Positions 1 through 13,803 are shown, numbered from the stretch's first letter. The stretch: 51,066 nt of DNA from Chiloscyllium plagiosum (GCF_004010195.1 NW_025214793.1:1-51066); one strand, 5' to 3'. The notes: generated from the letters alone by a model not told the origin. Program-made: numbers and translations.

Positions 1-250
1 TTAGCATTGCTACCTCACAGCGCCAGGGACCCAGGTTTGATTCTCGCCCCGGGCACCTGTTTGTGTGGAGTTTGCACATTCTTCCTGTGTCTGCATGGAT
101 TTCCTTTCACAGTCCAACAATGCATAGGTTGGGTGGATTAAATGCAGAGTGACAGGGATAGGTGGATCCAGGTAGGATATTCTTTGGAGGGGCTGTGTGG
201 ATTCGATGAGTCGAATGGCCTGCTTCCACACTGTAGAGATTCTATTATTT
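1..250 (+). mobile_element. tRNA-derived SINE (HE1/V-SINE type), cut at the window edge
   Basis: Box-B-like 'ccaggtttgattc', central 'tgtgtggagtttgcacattctt...tgtctgcatgg' and tail 'ggcctgcttccacactgtagagattct'. Homologous to copies at 38869, 42755 and 50479. Confidence 0.85.
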
Positions 251-739
251 ATTTTCAGTGGAGGGAAGTACCTTTTTGGTAACAACCACTGTGAAAGCCA
301 GTTTGGGGATTGTTGGAAAAATAAAAGGTAAGCATAATTTCAGGAACTGAGAATATATTTGGACTGATTTCTGGAGAATGAAAGCTCTGTTTAAAGGAAA
401 ATGTAAAGAACACTATGGAGGGGTATATATAAGTCATTTTAGAAATTAAATGGGAGACCTTTTCTATAGTATGGAGTGTAAGTGCTCTCTGAATAATGTT
501 CAGACAATGTTATCCGTAGTTTGTTTAATGCTGAAAAAACTCTTAAAACTTGAAATCTTTCCCTGTGATCCTTCCAGTTAGTCATTGGAAATCAAATATT
601 TTTTTAAAAACTTATTGATCTCTATCGGGATCTAGCAGAAAAAATTATGAATTATTATTTGAGAAAGAAAACATCGTCATTTGGTTTCATTTGAGACTTC
701 CAACAGGTGCTTATATCTTAGACTTAATCAGCAAACATG

Positions 740-1440
740 GATTGCAAAAGAGGAAAGCATGCTGGCCAGCTTTTTGAATGTTTTGATTTTTTTTTAGGAA
801 GTGGGTAGATAAAGGAATTAGGGTGCACTTGATTTATATGGACTTTCAAAAAGTATTTGGTAAAGTATAAACAGATGCCAATTAAGGGTAAAGTAGTCAT
901 GTGGAGAGATTATTGATGGTTAGGAAGCAATGGACTGGAAAGATGTGGTTAGTGGTGTTGCATAGATGTTTCTGTTAGGCCTATTGTTATTTGTAGCATA
1001 TATAAATAATACATATTTACAGATTGAAGGAACAATGTTGACATTTATTCTTGACACCAAATTGGAGTTATGGTAAATTACAGAAAGACAGCATTAAACT
1101 ACCAAATAGTCAAAGCTGTACTTCAAGTTTAAAGCTTTAAAAAGTGTGAGTAATATGTTTTGGAAGTAATAATGGGGGAAAAGTTAAAAATTTTCAAAGC
1201 TAAGAAGGGTATAAATTGAGTAATAATTTGATCTTTTTAATTTGTTGTAACAAGAGAATATACTTAAAATCATCACAACCATCAACAAGAAGAAAAATTA
1301 GGAAGTTTCCTTTCTGCAGAGAGTAGTTAGAATGTAAACTTTTTTTCTACGTTTTTTTCTAAGAATGCAAACTTCTGTGCCAGAGAGTATTGTTGAAGTA
1401 AATCCATACATTATTTTACATGGACAAATTGTAGCTTCTA
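740..1440 (+). mobile_element. Heavily degraded CR1-type LINE ORF2 (RT) fragment
   Basis: 'atttatatggactttcaaaaagtatttggtaaagt' reads IYMDFQKVFGKV (cf. YxDFxKAFDKV). 'gacaccaaattggag' resembles DDTKLG. 'ctgcagagagtagttagaatg' resembles QRVVRMWN. Many indels and stops. Confidence 0.65.
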
Positions 1441-1899
1441 CCGGAGGACTGTTAAAGCAAATGAGGAGTGCACAGAAGAATGGAATTACACAAAATTACT
1501 AGCACGGAGATAATGCTGAGCCAAAGGAATTGCATTGAATTCTGGCCTGTGCATGTATGCTCTATCATTCTACCATTGCCCTGTGAGCTGCAATATGATA
1601 TTTCAATGGTGGGAAGTCTTCCACATAAAGAATTACACTCACTGAAAATATTTGCACATTTCTTTATTGCATCTGTAAAACACAATGGAGAGGAAACAAT
1701 AATAAACTGTCTGTCATGCTGCTCTCAGGATTCGCACACAATATCTAATTGGACAAATGTTAACAAAAGTGCAGAGTTGGGGGGTGCGGGACAGAGAGAT
1801 GGAGAAATGTTTTGCGAGGTTTTGCTTAAATCATTTCCTTAAGTAATTAAATATGAACTAGTAGTGTATTCCTCAGCTATGATCAATGTATGACAGATA

Positions 1900-2065
1900 T
1901 TAGAACAATGAGCACAGGAGTAATGTAATTTCACTCTTGCAGACTGTTCCCCCATTCAATGAGATCATGGTTGATCTGTGGCCTAACTCCATGTACTCGC
2001 CTTTCCCCATATCTTCTGTGCCTCTGGCAAACAAAAATCTATCCATTTAAGTTTTACAATTAATG
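1900..2065 (-). mobile_element. CR1 LINE 3'-end fragment
   Basis: 'ccattcaatgagatcatggttgatctgtggcctaactccat...' matches reverse-oriented CR1 3' ends elsewhere in the window (e.g. ~36830-36960). Confidence 0.6.
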
Positions 2066-5000
2066 ACAATGTGTTTGTGATTTGGTTATAATCACTCATT
2101 AGCTATTGGAGAAAGATTAAAGGATCCATGATACAAAGTGATTGGCTGCTAGCTTTTCGTTTAATACCAAAAAGAATATGCCGGACTTGCGCAGCAGCAG
2201 GTCAATGCGCATCAGTAAAGACAAAGGGCGTCATTTCACACTTATGAAGGACACATCCAAAAAGCCAAAATCTTCCTCTTCCGCTTACGGTCACTAACCG
2301 ATGTTCTGGACATTGCCTGAGGGTTTTTTGTTTCCCCAGCGACTGGTTAGTTGGTATTCACAGAAGCAGATATTTTGGTTTTTCTTATGAATATGTGTAT
2401 TAAGTTTGTTTTTGGTCAGTCATGGGAAGATTTATTTCTGACTACTGTATGTGTGACATCATGAATATGGCGGGAAGAATTCCATGATTGCCATTTCGAA
2501 ACTTCTTTAGAATCAGCAAAAACAAAAAAAAACTTCCAATTATGTTTTTGATGTTAGCACACATCAAACACAGGAAATGTTAATCAGGCTGTTTTGTGAA
2601 TATAATTCTTATTTAAGGTACGTTTCAACATTTACGATCATAGTTAAATTCTCGGACCTTATTTGATTTTGTCACCGCGTCATCTCAATATCTCGAAATC
2701 CAGTTTGGTCTGTTTTTGAATATTACAAAGTTCATCAATCTGGCACACTTACTAAGCAGCAAGTCCACCGCTGCCTATTTTGAAGAACTTTACATCAATG
2801 AAAAAACACAAACATTGCATTTCCCTTATGCAGTTAGAATATTTTGACGTTACAAAAATAAAATCTGATACTTAGCATTAAATTGTATATATGATATAAA
2901 TGCAAGTCACTTCACATCGTTAACTACACATAAATGGATTCAGCAAGTCCACGGGAAATTCATCCCAATTACAGATCTTACCGTAATTTCTTCCTTAGGT
3001 GTGAAGTTGAGAGCGTGATTACTGCTTTGTATGCAATGCTACTACTTACGTGGATGGTAGCTGACCACAAGTACACACTTAATTAATAAATATTGCTCCA
3101 GCACAAGGCCGTGACAGACAGGGTGGCCTTCCTTTGTGAGCGAAACCTCTGTGGTTCCATATAGTTTTTAGACTACACGTGTGTCCTTGTTTCAGATTCG
3201 TTGGCATTTGAGAGAAAGGATGACGAATTTCAACAAGTTGAATGGGGAGTGATTGCTTTTATCGCGCCAAATTAATCAATCGGCTGCGTCTACTAAATTC
3301 TTTTCTAATCTGTTCGCAATATTAACTTTTAAGGTCTTTGTTTTCCTTGGAGGATATGCTTTTGGCAGAAATGCATTCGGTTCTGCAGCTGAAATCGGTC
3401 ATAATATGGTGTTGTTTTAATGAAGCAACTTTAAAATGCACAATGTCCACATTTTGATCCCATCGAGTTCATAATTCTGCTAATAATTAGGTTATAACTT
3501 ATAAGCGTATTTTTTTAAAAAAACTATTAACAGTGCTTTCGTGAGGATCAAATGCTAAAAGTGTGCAGAGAACTACCATGTCGTGTTGTTTTGTGCGGTT
3601 CCAACCCTGAAGGTTACCATGCTCACTGATCCTATCGCTAGGGGACTCTGCTAATTTTAACAACAGCTGGAGTAGCTGTACCGGTGTTCAAATTCCTTTT
3701 TTTTATATAAAGCAACAATCAATACTATATATAATAAAATTATATTTGTTAATCTGTGTTGAACATCGCTTGCAATTCTACAGTTTGTGGAGCGATTAAA
3801 TTGTCTAAAACTATCAATAAAATTATCGGCTGATTTTTATCTGTTGTTATGAAGCATTCATAGTACTGTTCCGCAAGCCTGTAAAAGATATGAGACTTCC
3901 TTCCTAAAAGTGAATGTGCATCTAAATCGCAATCTGTTTACCGGTCAGTAATTTTAAATAATATTCTTGCGGTTTTATTGAAGCCTCGATTTTGATTACA
4001 ATCTGAGATTATTGACTGTTTTTCAATCGAGAAATGCCTCTGCATTTGTAAGACATTTTGGTATAGAAAATTGGAAACAAAATTCTGTTGCAAACTGCAA
4101 ATATGTAAGAGTTTGTCAACGGAATTGAAGTCAATAAATGTAACAACTAAGAATATAGCATATTAGCATTCGTAGTCTCCGATACTATGTTTTCATTGAT
4201 TATCAAAATAAAATAAGCGTTCTTCGTGTAAATGTAATGTGGAGATTTAACAATTGGGCGTCTTGTCGTCAACAGAAGTCGCCCAGAAATCGATTGCTGG
4301 GCGAATTTTCGAGGTTGCGAAGGGTTAAATAGTCGCCAGTGTATTATAGGCTCTGATCTGCAGTTCCTCTTCTCTCCGGAGCGGGGAGCTGCAGGTTTGC
4401 TCTCCTGAAAAGATGGGCGCTTATTTCACCAGCTCTGCGCTATAGAGCAATGTAATGCAACAAAACAAAAAAAGGGAATTGTGTTTGGGCGGGGGGAAGA
4501 TTCCCAAATAATGATGGGCGAGAACGCACTGTGCAACGTCTCTTTTATTCTTGAAAGCATTTCGAAAAGCAGAAGTTACTTATGTGTCATAACGCGTTCA
4601 CACGTCGACCAGATTTTCCATCTCAAGCCATTTAACTCTAAAACAAGAAATTAATGTAGTTAGTGCAAATATCCCGCAAAGAAAACCTTTGAAATGAAGT
4701 TGGAATGGGAAGGCATTTCCAGCGCGCCAGGGATTTTCCCTTTCTGTTCACGCTGCCGGTTCTCCAAATCCGTGAAGCTGTTAACGTGGTCGGAGGAGTT
4801 TCATTTATTTCTAGCTCAAAAAAACCAAGCGAAATCACAATGGGGATACCTGGTAATATTGGGAGGTTTCTGCATCAAACCCCATTACTGGCGCTGTGTG
4901 CTGAATTATCCGCTATTTAGGGGGAAAAGTTTGGGAGCAAAGAGAATGTGGAGCTTTAGTGAATTCGATGTTACTTTTTTTAATTTGCCGATGACTCAGT

Positions 5001-5353
5001 TGCTGAGTCTGCGGTTTCTTAAGTAGCGAATCCCCAGTGATCCCCGACTCCCACTGATTCAGGTGAAAAATCGACTGTGACTTTTGGAAGCCTACATTCC
5101 AAAAATGCCTTTCTAAAAATAAGTTTCAGAAAATCCTTTTGCACTTTTCAATTGTAAATCGAGACAAAGTTAGACGACAGACTATGTTGTTAAGTAATAT
5201 AAAATACTGGCTACTCAAGCCTTTTTTAACGGCATACTTACGCTGTAAATTTAAGCTGGCATTAGGACGGCATTAATAACAGTTACAGATATAAGGTTCT
5301 CTTCACTGTAGGGACATACGGAACGCAATGTTTTTGCCAAGAACCTATGTCCA

Positions 5354-5396
5354 AATCCATACATTTAATCCATACATTTAATCCATGCATTTAATC
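5354..5396. repeat. 13-bp tandem repeat (AATCCATACATTT) x3.3
   Basis: Units at 5354, 5367 and 5380 (one A>G change), plus a partial AATC. Confidence 0.9.
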
Positions 5397-8300
5397 TTGA
5401 TTTTCTCACTGTGAAAATCATCAGTCTTTTAGTTTCTCGATCTGTGTAATTTTGAAATAAAATTAGGGATTGTAAACCTGGCCTGAAATAATAATCCTAC
5501 CTAATGTTCGCGTGCTTCTCCGTAATGAAACCTATTCCCCGAGGTCGGGCAGCCCTAACGTCAATCAAAGGAGCTGATTCAGAATGCCATTGTTTGTGTC
5601 CAACGTCACTGCTTTTCCTCTTATATTAACTTACAATGAAAAGCCGTCTGATCACTCATTCCTAATGTAGGTTATTACTTTGTTAAATCCAAGAAAAAAA
5701 GTTCCAATATTTCAGCCGGAGATGTTGCCTGACGCTTCACAAAGCACCGTGTTTACTCAGCACGTTTTTAGACCACTCTTGGGTTATTTAAATCCAGCCA
5801 CTGGAAAGGACAATGAGTGCAGACGGAAAACCCAATACATGCAGGATGGTACATCTCATTAAAGCTATGCTGTGACACTGCCTCATACTATATATTTAAT
5901 TGTGTTGCCTTTAAAGGTTACAAATATAAGTTCAAATATTCAGAGAAAGATGCGGGATTTCATTATTTGGTGACGACGAGGAATGATAAGGACTTGCGTT
6001 CTCTGGCAATATCGGTAATTAGGGCTTCATAAATAGGGTGAACGTATGAAAGTTTCTCCAAATAAAAGCCTGCGTGTGTTCTGTTGTTCAGTCTTTAGCA
6101 ATAACGCATGTTTTTTTAAGAGGTTGGCAAAAAGGTTTAGGCTTTTTTTCTTGGTATAACAATTGTTAATCTTTGTGTATTTCTCATCATCGTTATCTTT
6201 GATTATTTGAGGTAGAATCCGTGTTCGTTGCTGCTGCCTTCTCAGGGGGTTTAATTACATTTCCAGAATCATTAATTAAAATAAGATAAAGGCTACAAGT
6301 CTAAACAGACTCACTATCTTTGGTTTCTGTCCCTTAAATAAGTTGTTCAAGGTGCCTGATAACAATAGCGTTTGGAGAGTTCTGAAGTATGCCAAATGCC
6401 CTTAAAGGTACATCCTGTGCCTGTTTCTGAGTTTTGTAAAGATTGCTGAACATTTTAAGTAAATGGTGTTCAGTTTTGAGCAACGCTATTTTAGCGTATT
6501 ATTCCTGAAAAAAGGTTTGTGTAGTAAAATTAGTGAGAGAAGCCGAAGTTTCCCAAGTATCACCATTTACGTGACATGAAATTTTCCATTTTGTTACATC
6601 TTCCTGCAAACAATCCAGTACATGACTGAACAAAGTACGTAGGTTGAATGAGAAAAAAGACGAATCTTTTCAGGGTTGTGTGTCTATTTTTTCTGTCTTA
6701 GTACAGCGCGCTCAATTTTTATTGAAAGTAAAATCCCGAAGTCAGAACAAGTACACGCCAAAAGTGTAGCTTTCCTGTAGATAAATAAATATACAGAACA
6801 ACGTAAAGGGGTCCTCCACGTTTAATTATAGTGTGAGTATTAACACTGAAGTTGAAGGAATGTTGGCTCCTGGTCAACACGACAGCGCATTTTGGCGTAC
6901 CTCACAGTTCGGGTTTATTTCGAGCTTACAAAAGTTCATCACACAATCCACTGAACCTGAAGTGCCCCTTTTCTTTCATTCATTGTGGAGTTCTGTCATT
7001 CAACGTGGATCGTGACTATGATGACAGGTATTGCTGTTCCCCCATGTTTGCACTTCCCATTGCTAAAAATAGGTATTTATAGGAACATTTACGCTGCGAA
7101 GGGACTGCATCAATTTTAATCATGAATTGTTGAGCTTGAATTGTGAATGCATAGAAATGTAAAAATACGCACAAAGTTCCACGTCTTGCTCTACAATTAT
7201 ATTAATTGACATTGTGTACAGTGGATTAAAGAAAAAGGTCATTCCAATTTAATTTTCGTATTTAACCTCCGGTTTGAATACGCTTCTTTGTCACAAATTT
7301 CTATGTATGCAAAACAGGAAATGTTATTGCTATTTTCCTAATCCCATTTGTTAGGGTTGCTCCAAAACAAACGCTAACACTTCCTTTTTTCCAAACTCCA
7401 GAGGGAATCTGTAAAGATGGCTTGAGAGGTTTGTCTGTAATACCATTGCCTTGCATCTGATAAATGAACATCGATTCTTGTGAAATGGTGCTCCTCAATT
7501 TGGCAAGTGTTCCAAAATAGTTCAGCAAACCTATCTTCACCAAAACATTGGTTTTCCTGGAATGTGTATTTAAACTAGGAGACTACCCGACGCAATGATT
7601 TCCATCACTTATTATCACGAGTCTTTAAAGTAAATTACATTGAATAAATTCCTGTACAGTTGTGTGTTTTAAAGTAGGTTGAGTTTCAGCTCACGTCGTT
7701 ACTTAATGCAAGATATCACAATTACCACTGCCAAGAAGGGGTGGGTGGTCAGGGATAAATGTCATCTATCTCTCTCTTTCTCTACCCACACTCTCTCAAA
7801 GGTTTATCTGTGATTATTTAGCCTGTTCTATTAGACTCCACGAACATGAAAATTGTACATACTATCTGTAGGAAGTCGATTGAGTGGGCAACTAAATATT
7901 TTTAAGGCCAGTCTTTCATTATGTTATATTTTATAGCGTTCAGGGTAAACATGCGCCCGACCGTATTCGAAATCAACCTGCTTTTTTGATTATCCTAAAG
8001 AGAGGGAAGTGCAGCTTACCTTATTTTTGCACTGGTGAGACCATTAAACACCCATTATACTCTTTGTCTAGTTCTATATAAGAATAAAATTGGATCTGTG
8101 ATGAGTACTTTAACGCCGAACATCAAGTGGAAATGCAGAGTTGGCCAAAGCAGCTGTTCTGTGTAGAATCAGAACAAAGAAAGAAACACTGATGTAGATC
8201 AGGCTTGTTTGTTGTAACCGCTGAGTTGCGGAAGATGTTGCCTCTTACATCTATAATTGGAGATGATATTTAAATCTCATGTTTTTCGCAATAGAAAAGA

Positions 8301-11300
8301 ATATTTGAACTTAGAGGAGAGCATGCTGTTTCTAGGCTTTGGGTGGTTCACAAACTGTGAGCATCAGTCGTAAACGAGATTATTATCCTGGTCACATCCA
8401 GCAAAAATGATAGGTGCATAAAATCTTACTTTATCCTTTAGTGCAGAACAGGTTAGTAACCTCAATTTTCCTTGGGTAAAACAGTCTATTAACAGTTAAA
8501 AACGGCCTATAAAGCCCATTCTCATCCTTGAGAGCAACATATTTTTAAATGAAAATTTCTTTATACTTCTTCATACCTCCATTTCGGTCTTCATTTCAAT
8601 ACATAACTGTATTATACACTTTGTTAAAGTCAGTGTTACCGCAAAATACAAAAAAATATTAGTTTGACGTATTATTGAAACCCCACAGATCAGAATATTG
8701 TAAAACAAAATGACAAATCGCAAAGTTTAACGGTGAAGACGATAGCTTCCACAATCCTACGCACCGAGAACTTTGACAAAATGCAATTAAAGTTCAATTG
8801 GGAAGCTCCGTTTAAGAATATAAAATTCTTAAATCACATGCAAACTGTAATTTTCTATCTCTTTGCTTTCTGCCGATATCTTGCCAATTCATTGGAAGGT
8901 CTTTCTTGTGTTCCCTTTGCAGTGATTACCGCCCCTCCCCCCGTCCCCTTGATACCCTTTTCTTGTTTTCATAGCTTAAAAAGCAGCTAGTGTTTTATTA
9001 CCACAGTTTAATTAGTTTTTGAAAATCCTTAAAAAGTCGTATATCCTTTAGTTTAGACATGTATAACTTGCATTTTATTATGATGGGATTTTAAATATGC
9101 ACAGCAATTGGTCTTATTAGGTGCTGTGTGATTTTTACTTTTAAGTTTGGCGGCTATACCTATATGACCTGTATGATTCCTAATTATTTAATATTTTCAG
9201 ATATCCATACGGTTTAAAGTTAGAACTTGTATGTCATTTCGTGGAGACTAATTCTCGAAAGACATACCTAGCACAATTGTGCCACTTGTAACCCCAAAGC
9301 AACAGAACAAAACAGCAATACAATTTTTACAGTTGGTAATGTGAATGTGGGTAATCATGGAAAGAAAAACAATTATAGGGAAAGAGGAATGTCTCTGATT
9401 GTTTTTATCGGAGTAAATCACATCATATTCCAGGAATTGAAATTTACACTTCATTTAAACCCATATGTAATTAAAGAAAAAGGTGGTAATTCTACAATTA
9501 ATTAAACCTAAGCAAGAAAACCTTGAAAATTTCCAATAAACCTGTTTCTCCTCCACCCCCCCACCCCCCCTCCCCGTGAGGATATCAATCATTGAAACTT
9601 TCTTTCGACCGATCCCGAATATGAGCACCGATAAGATCGCTGAAGGGGGCATGTTTGGACATCCGGCCTAAACAGATCGTCTGAACGATTCCGTTTACCT
9701 TTTGTTGCAGCTTGGTTTACCTACTTAGTTGCATTTAGCAAGTCAGTATTTACATACTTACAGTTCTTTTAAAAAGTGTTTAGGAGTAAAGACACCAAAT
9801 TGGTATTTAAGCAAAGCGGAATATGTGCTGAGTGACTGAAGAGAACACGGAACAGTTCACCACCAATATTTTTCTCACGCCGAAAGCGGATGTTTGATTA
9901 TGACCTGCGCCACTTTACAGATATAATTGGCTTTATTTCAACAAAAGGCTGTCATCGTTTTACGAAAGTCATATTCTACATTAATTGCGAGTCGTCTAGT
10001 CAACTAAGGGCTCCTGCAAACACATTTAATGTTCTGCAGAGCTTTCTTTTAAGATCGGAAGAAGCATTCCAACTTTTCCTGACACAGACTAATTTTGTTC
10101 CTGTTTCCTCTTGTAGTTACAGTTAAATATATAAAGTTTGTTTATATGCGTGCATTATAAAACATTGTAATACTGCCAAACCATTGATTTTATTACAATC
10201 GTGTAGTTTAGCCATTAGCACAATTGAATGTTTTATAGTTCGTTTATCTATCTTACATCAGCAAAAAAAAACCAAGGCAAAGCGTGACTGCAGCTTAAGA
10301 GTGCAGGGAAAGGCCCGCTGAAAGTAAAGAATTAACACGCCTCCACTTTTGGAAAATATCCCGACCTCACGTGTCACTAGCGTCTGTTCCCCTGCTGGGT
10401 CCTTTGCTGTCTCTGGGAATACCGATCGCAGATTAATGAAACTAGCCTGTTTGTTCTCAAAATTAGAGTTTTAGAAACACTAAAAACTTAACCTGTGCAT
10501 ACTTGAGCACTCCAATCCGCTCCCCAAAACTAAGACGATAAAGGAGCGTGTTAAATATTAAACCACGAGATTCCAATAAAATCGATAATTTGATAGCAGA
10601 ACGACTTTCCTGATTGATTGTGGAAGGCTTCGCAAATGTTCTTTGATGAATTGTTCCTGTATCAGTAAACATTGTGCGTCGCCTGTTTAACTCGATGTTT
10701 CCATATTTCATGAACAAACAGAAACTTCACATAATACCAGAATGCAGTCACGACATCTATTAAGATAAGCAGCAATCTGTGTTCAATCATTTGATAGTGT
10801 CAATTCTTACTGGTCACAATGTGTGGGTATGCAAGTTTATCTCTTATTGGACAGAACGTGAGTATGCAGGGTCTTCTGAGTTGAAACCAAGACGGGTCCA
10901 TTCTACTCTTAAGAAGGGACGTGTGGAGTCATTTAAAATAAAACCCAGTTTGAAGACTGTTTTGTGTAAAATTGGTCATATATAAAGATTGTATCACTTG
11001 TGCTGTCATTTAACAGTTTCTGGAAGCAGTATTTTAGTGTTTTCGCTGTTATTTTCTTTGCAAACGCGACATTTTAGTATTGTGTTTATTAACCACGACA
11101 GGGAATCAGTGCAGCTATTTTTTTTGTGAACAGGTCGCCCAGCTTGCATTTTGGAGTCTTGTGTTTTAAGGCACGCCACCGCAAGCATTTACTCTCTCTT
11201 GATTGCAGCAATGACCAGGTTAGCCCATAAACCTATTCACATCTAACAATAGGGATTCTCAACAATTAACAAGGAACAACATAATAAAATCGTCTACAAA

Positions 11301-13797
11301 GAGCAGACTATTTACGATAAATTATCCAGTCTTTAGGAGTGCAGTGCGTAATTTCACACGCTTTGTAAGTAAACTCAGTTTCAAGGAGCCACATGTATGT
11401 AATGCTGCACCCATCTCGTATTTTTAGCCAAACTCTATCCACAACATTCCGATGCTATCCTTACTAAATCAAAATGTTGCTCTGTTAGAGAAAAAACATG
11501 TTTTAGCAGCTCTAAACGCTTCAAATCGTTGTCATGATATTAAGGTTTCCAAAATAAAGCTTTTGTGTTAAAAGTGGTGCAGAACCGTCACTCTAGAAAC
11601 CCACTTGAAGATTTTTAAAAACGTGGATTCGAAACGATAACATACAAAGTTAAAAAAAATCGGAGCTATTCCCTGTAGAATTTCATCCACTCGGATCAGG
11701 ACGAACACTGATACTTAGATGGCTGTGATTTAGTTTAATTTGCTCTATTTTGGGGGTGCTTTGGGAACAGCAAGCCAACAACACAAAAGAAAACTGGACA
11801 ACCCTGCTTAACAGCGAAATTAACATGTGAACTGCAGGAAAGAGAGGGCAAATTGCTAACCACACACAGATTCGCCATCTTTAATGGACTTTAATTCCAG
11901 TTTATTCCTTAGCATGCTGCTGCTTAATATTGAGGAGGAAAATGTCAGAGGAGCGTATGTTATAAATCACACTAAAAGGAAGATCTGTTCCGCCTAAACT
12001 AATGAGGTAGTCACAAATTCAGTAAACACTAGTTCTAACTGAATTACAACAAAGACCTTGAGATCAGTGGAGCAATATGGCGGAAATTTTAAGCATTTCC
12101 TACAGGATATAAGAAGATATCAGCTACTGTTGTTTTATTTCAACAGCTTGTTGAGGATAATTATCACTATTTCAACCCAGTCTCATATACATTTACATAT
12201 AATTATGTGTAGATATAAATCATGTGAAAGACAAAACCTTTACATTAACGTGTAATGCCTTCAACTAACCGTCTAAACAATGTAGCCTATTCATTATTTT
12301 TTTGCCGTAGAACGTAGACATTTGCAGTTTCGCAGATCATACCAGTTTTAGTAACTATAAAATAAGTGGCGCTGACCCTGAAAATGGCCTTTGTTTGCAA
12401 ACACAGCTGTTGCAATCTTTACATTGCAAACTAAGGTATGCGCAGCGGAGAATTAAATACGAAGGATGGTGTGAGGAGAAGCCCAAGCATCTGGAGAAGC
12501 AAGCGGCCTTGTTTTGAAACTGTCAGTCCACTAAACCCCTATTGTGAGAGCCTCATGCAAAGATTTACCAGCCTTTACTGCATTAATTTCAGGCCTTCCT
12601 CAAAGTTAAAAACGGCTAAGATAAAAATGAAACATGTTAAGACTGACCAAAAATGCATTAGCAGAATACTATAGAAAAACTTTTATAACGTAGAACACAA
12701 TGATTTAAACATTCTTGAAAAATATCGAGATCATTCAATGCAACCGTATGAATTCAATACAAGAAAGACTATTGTCATTTCAACACCAAAAAATGCTTAC
12801 AACTACATCACCTACATGAATATACTTAAAACATTGTTTCACCTTCTTGAATAATTCCTTACAAACACAGAGGTACCCGCTTTCATTAAATTGTGGCTGC
12901 CTGGTGAATAATTACTGAATATTTAGGAATGTATCACAAAATGAAGTTGTTTTGCTGAAAGGAACAGTTGTAGCATGATTCTACCACGGTTAACTTTACA
13001 GTAATCCAAATGCTTTTTAATCAGTGTTTGACCAATGAGAACACCCTTTTAAAACCAAGACTCTTAGGATAAATCATTGCAATATAGACTGCTAATAAGT
13101 CACATATGTCAACAATGGCAAAGTGCTTTACAGTTAGCAGCACATTAACTTAAATAAGCAATGTGTCATGTGTTTTTGCTGGTTGAAAATTTCACCTATT
13201 TACGTACATGGATTAGAAATAAGATCACTGTGGATTGCAATAAGTTACAGTAAAAGCTTCTGTTTTACCCATTATACTAAAACGTTTTAAAAACATGCAC
13301 ACTAATGGAGTATGAGAAGTATAGAGGATAGTATTGAAAGCTGAAATTACCCACTGTCTGGCTGGAATATCGAGTGACCTTGGGAGATATAACAAGGGAC
13401 TGTCTGTGGTGATAGGGGGATTCGGAGTGGTATCTACTGGCACTGCTAACAGCACCATTAGTTACTAGTGTACTTTTATTCTGCACATTCTGGTTCATCA
13501 TTTATGCAACAATTCTGTAAATGTTTGAATGTGAGTCATGTGAGTGCATAAAAAGATGTATAGAAGATATTGACAACAAAATCAGCTTTCATTGTATGTC
13601 TGATCTTCACATGGTTGTTCTTTTTGTGATTCTCTTATACTGTCAAAGTTGGTAATGCATCCTGAAAAGTAAATGTATGAATACCAGCATGTTTTCTCTA
13701 CAAATTTGCAGAGACCTGAACACTTGTCTAACATATTTTCTGTATCATTAATTTCGTTGTATTTCCTTTGATTCAGTTTTGCAAAGTTCACAACATT

Positions 13798-13803
13798 TTT
13801 ATT
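13798..13803 (-). terminator. Candidate SKIDA1 polyadenylation signal AATAAA (second candidate at 13475-13480)
   Basis: TTTATT on the plus strand ~1.4 kb past the SKIDA1 stop, in AT-rich UTR-like sequence. Usage is inferred. Confidence 0.45.

Noticed and set aside
2240..2335. Possible very old copy of the Penelope-type short element
   Set aside because: Similarity too weak to support without an alignment.
4200..5100. miR-1915 / CASC10 orthologue
   Set aside because: No sequence match recognised; only positional analogy.
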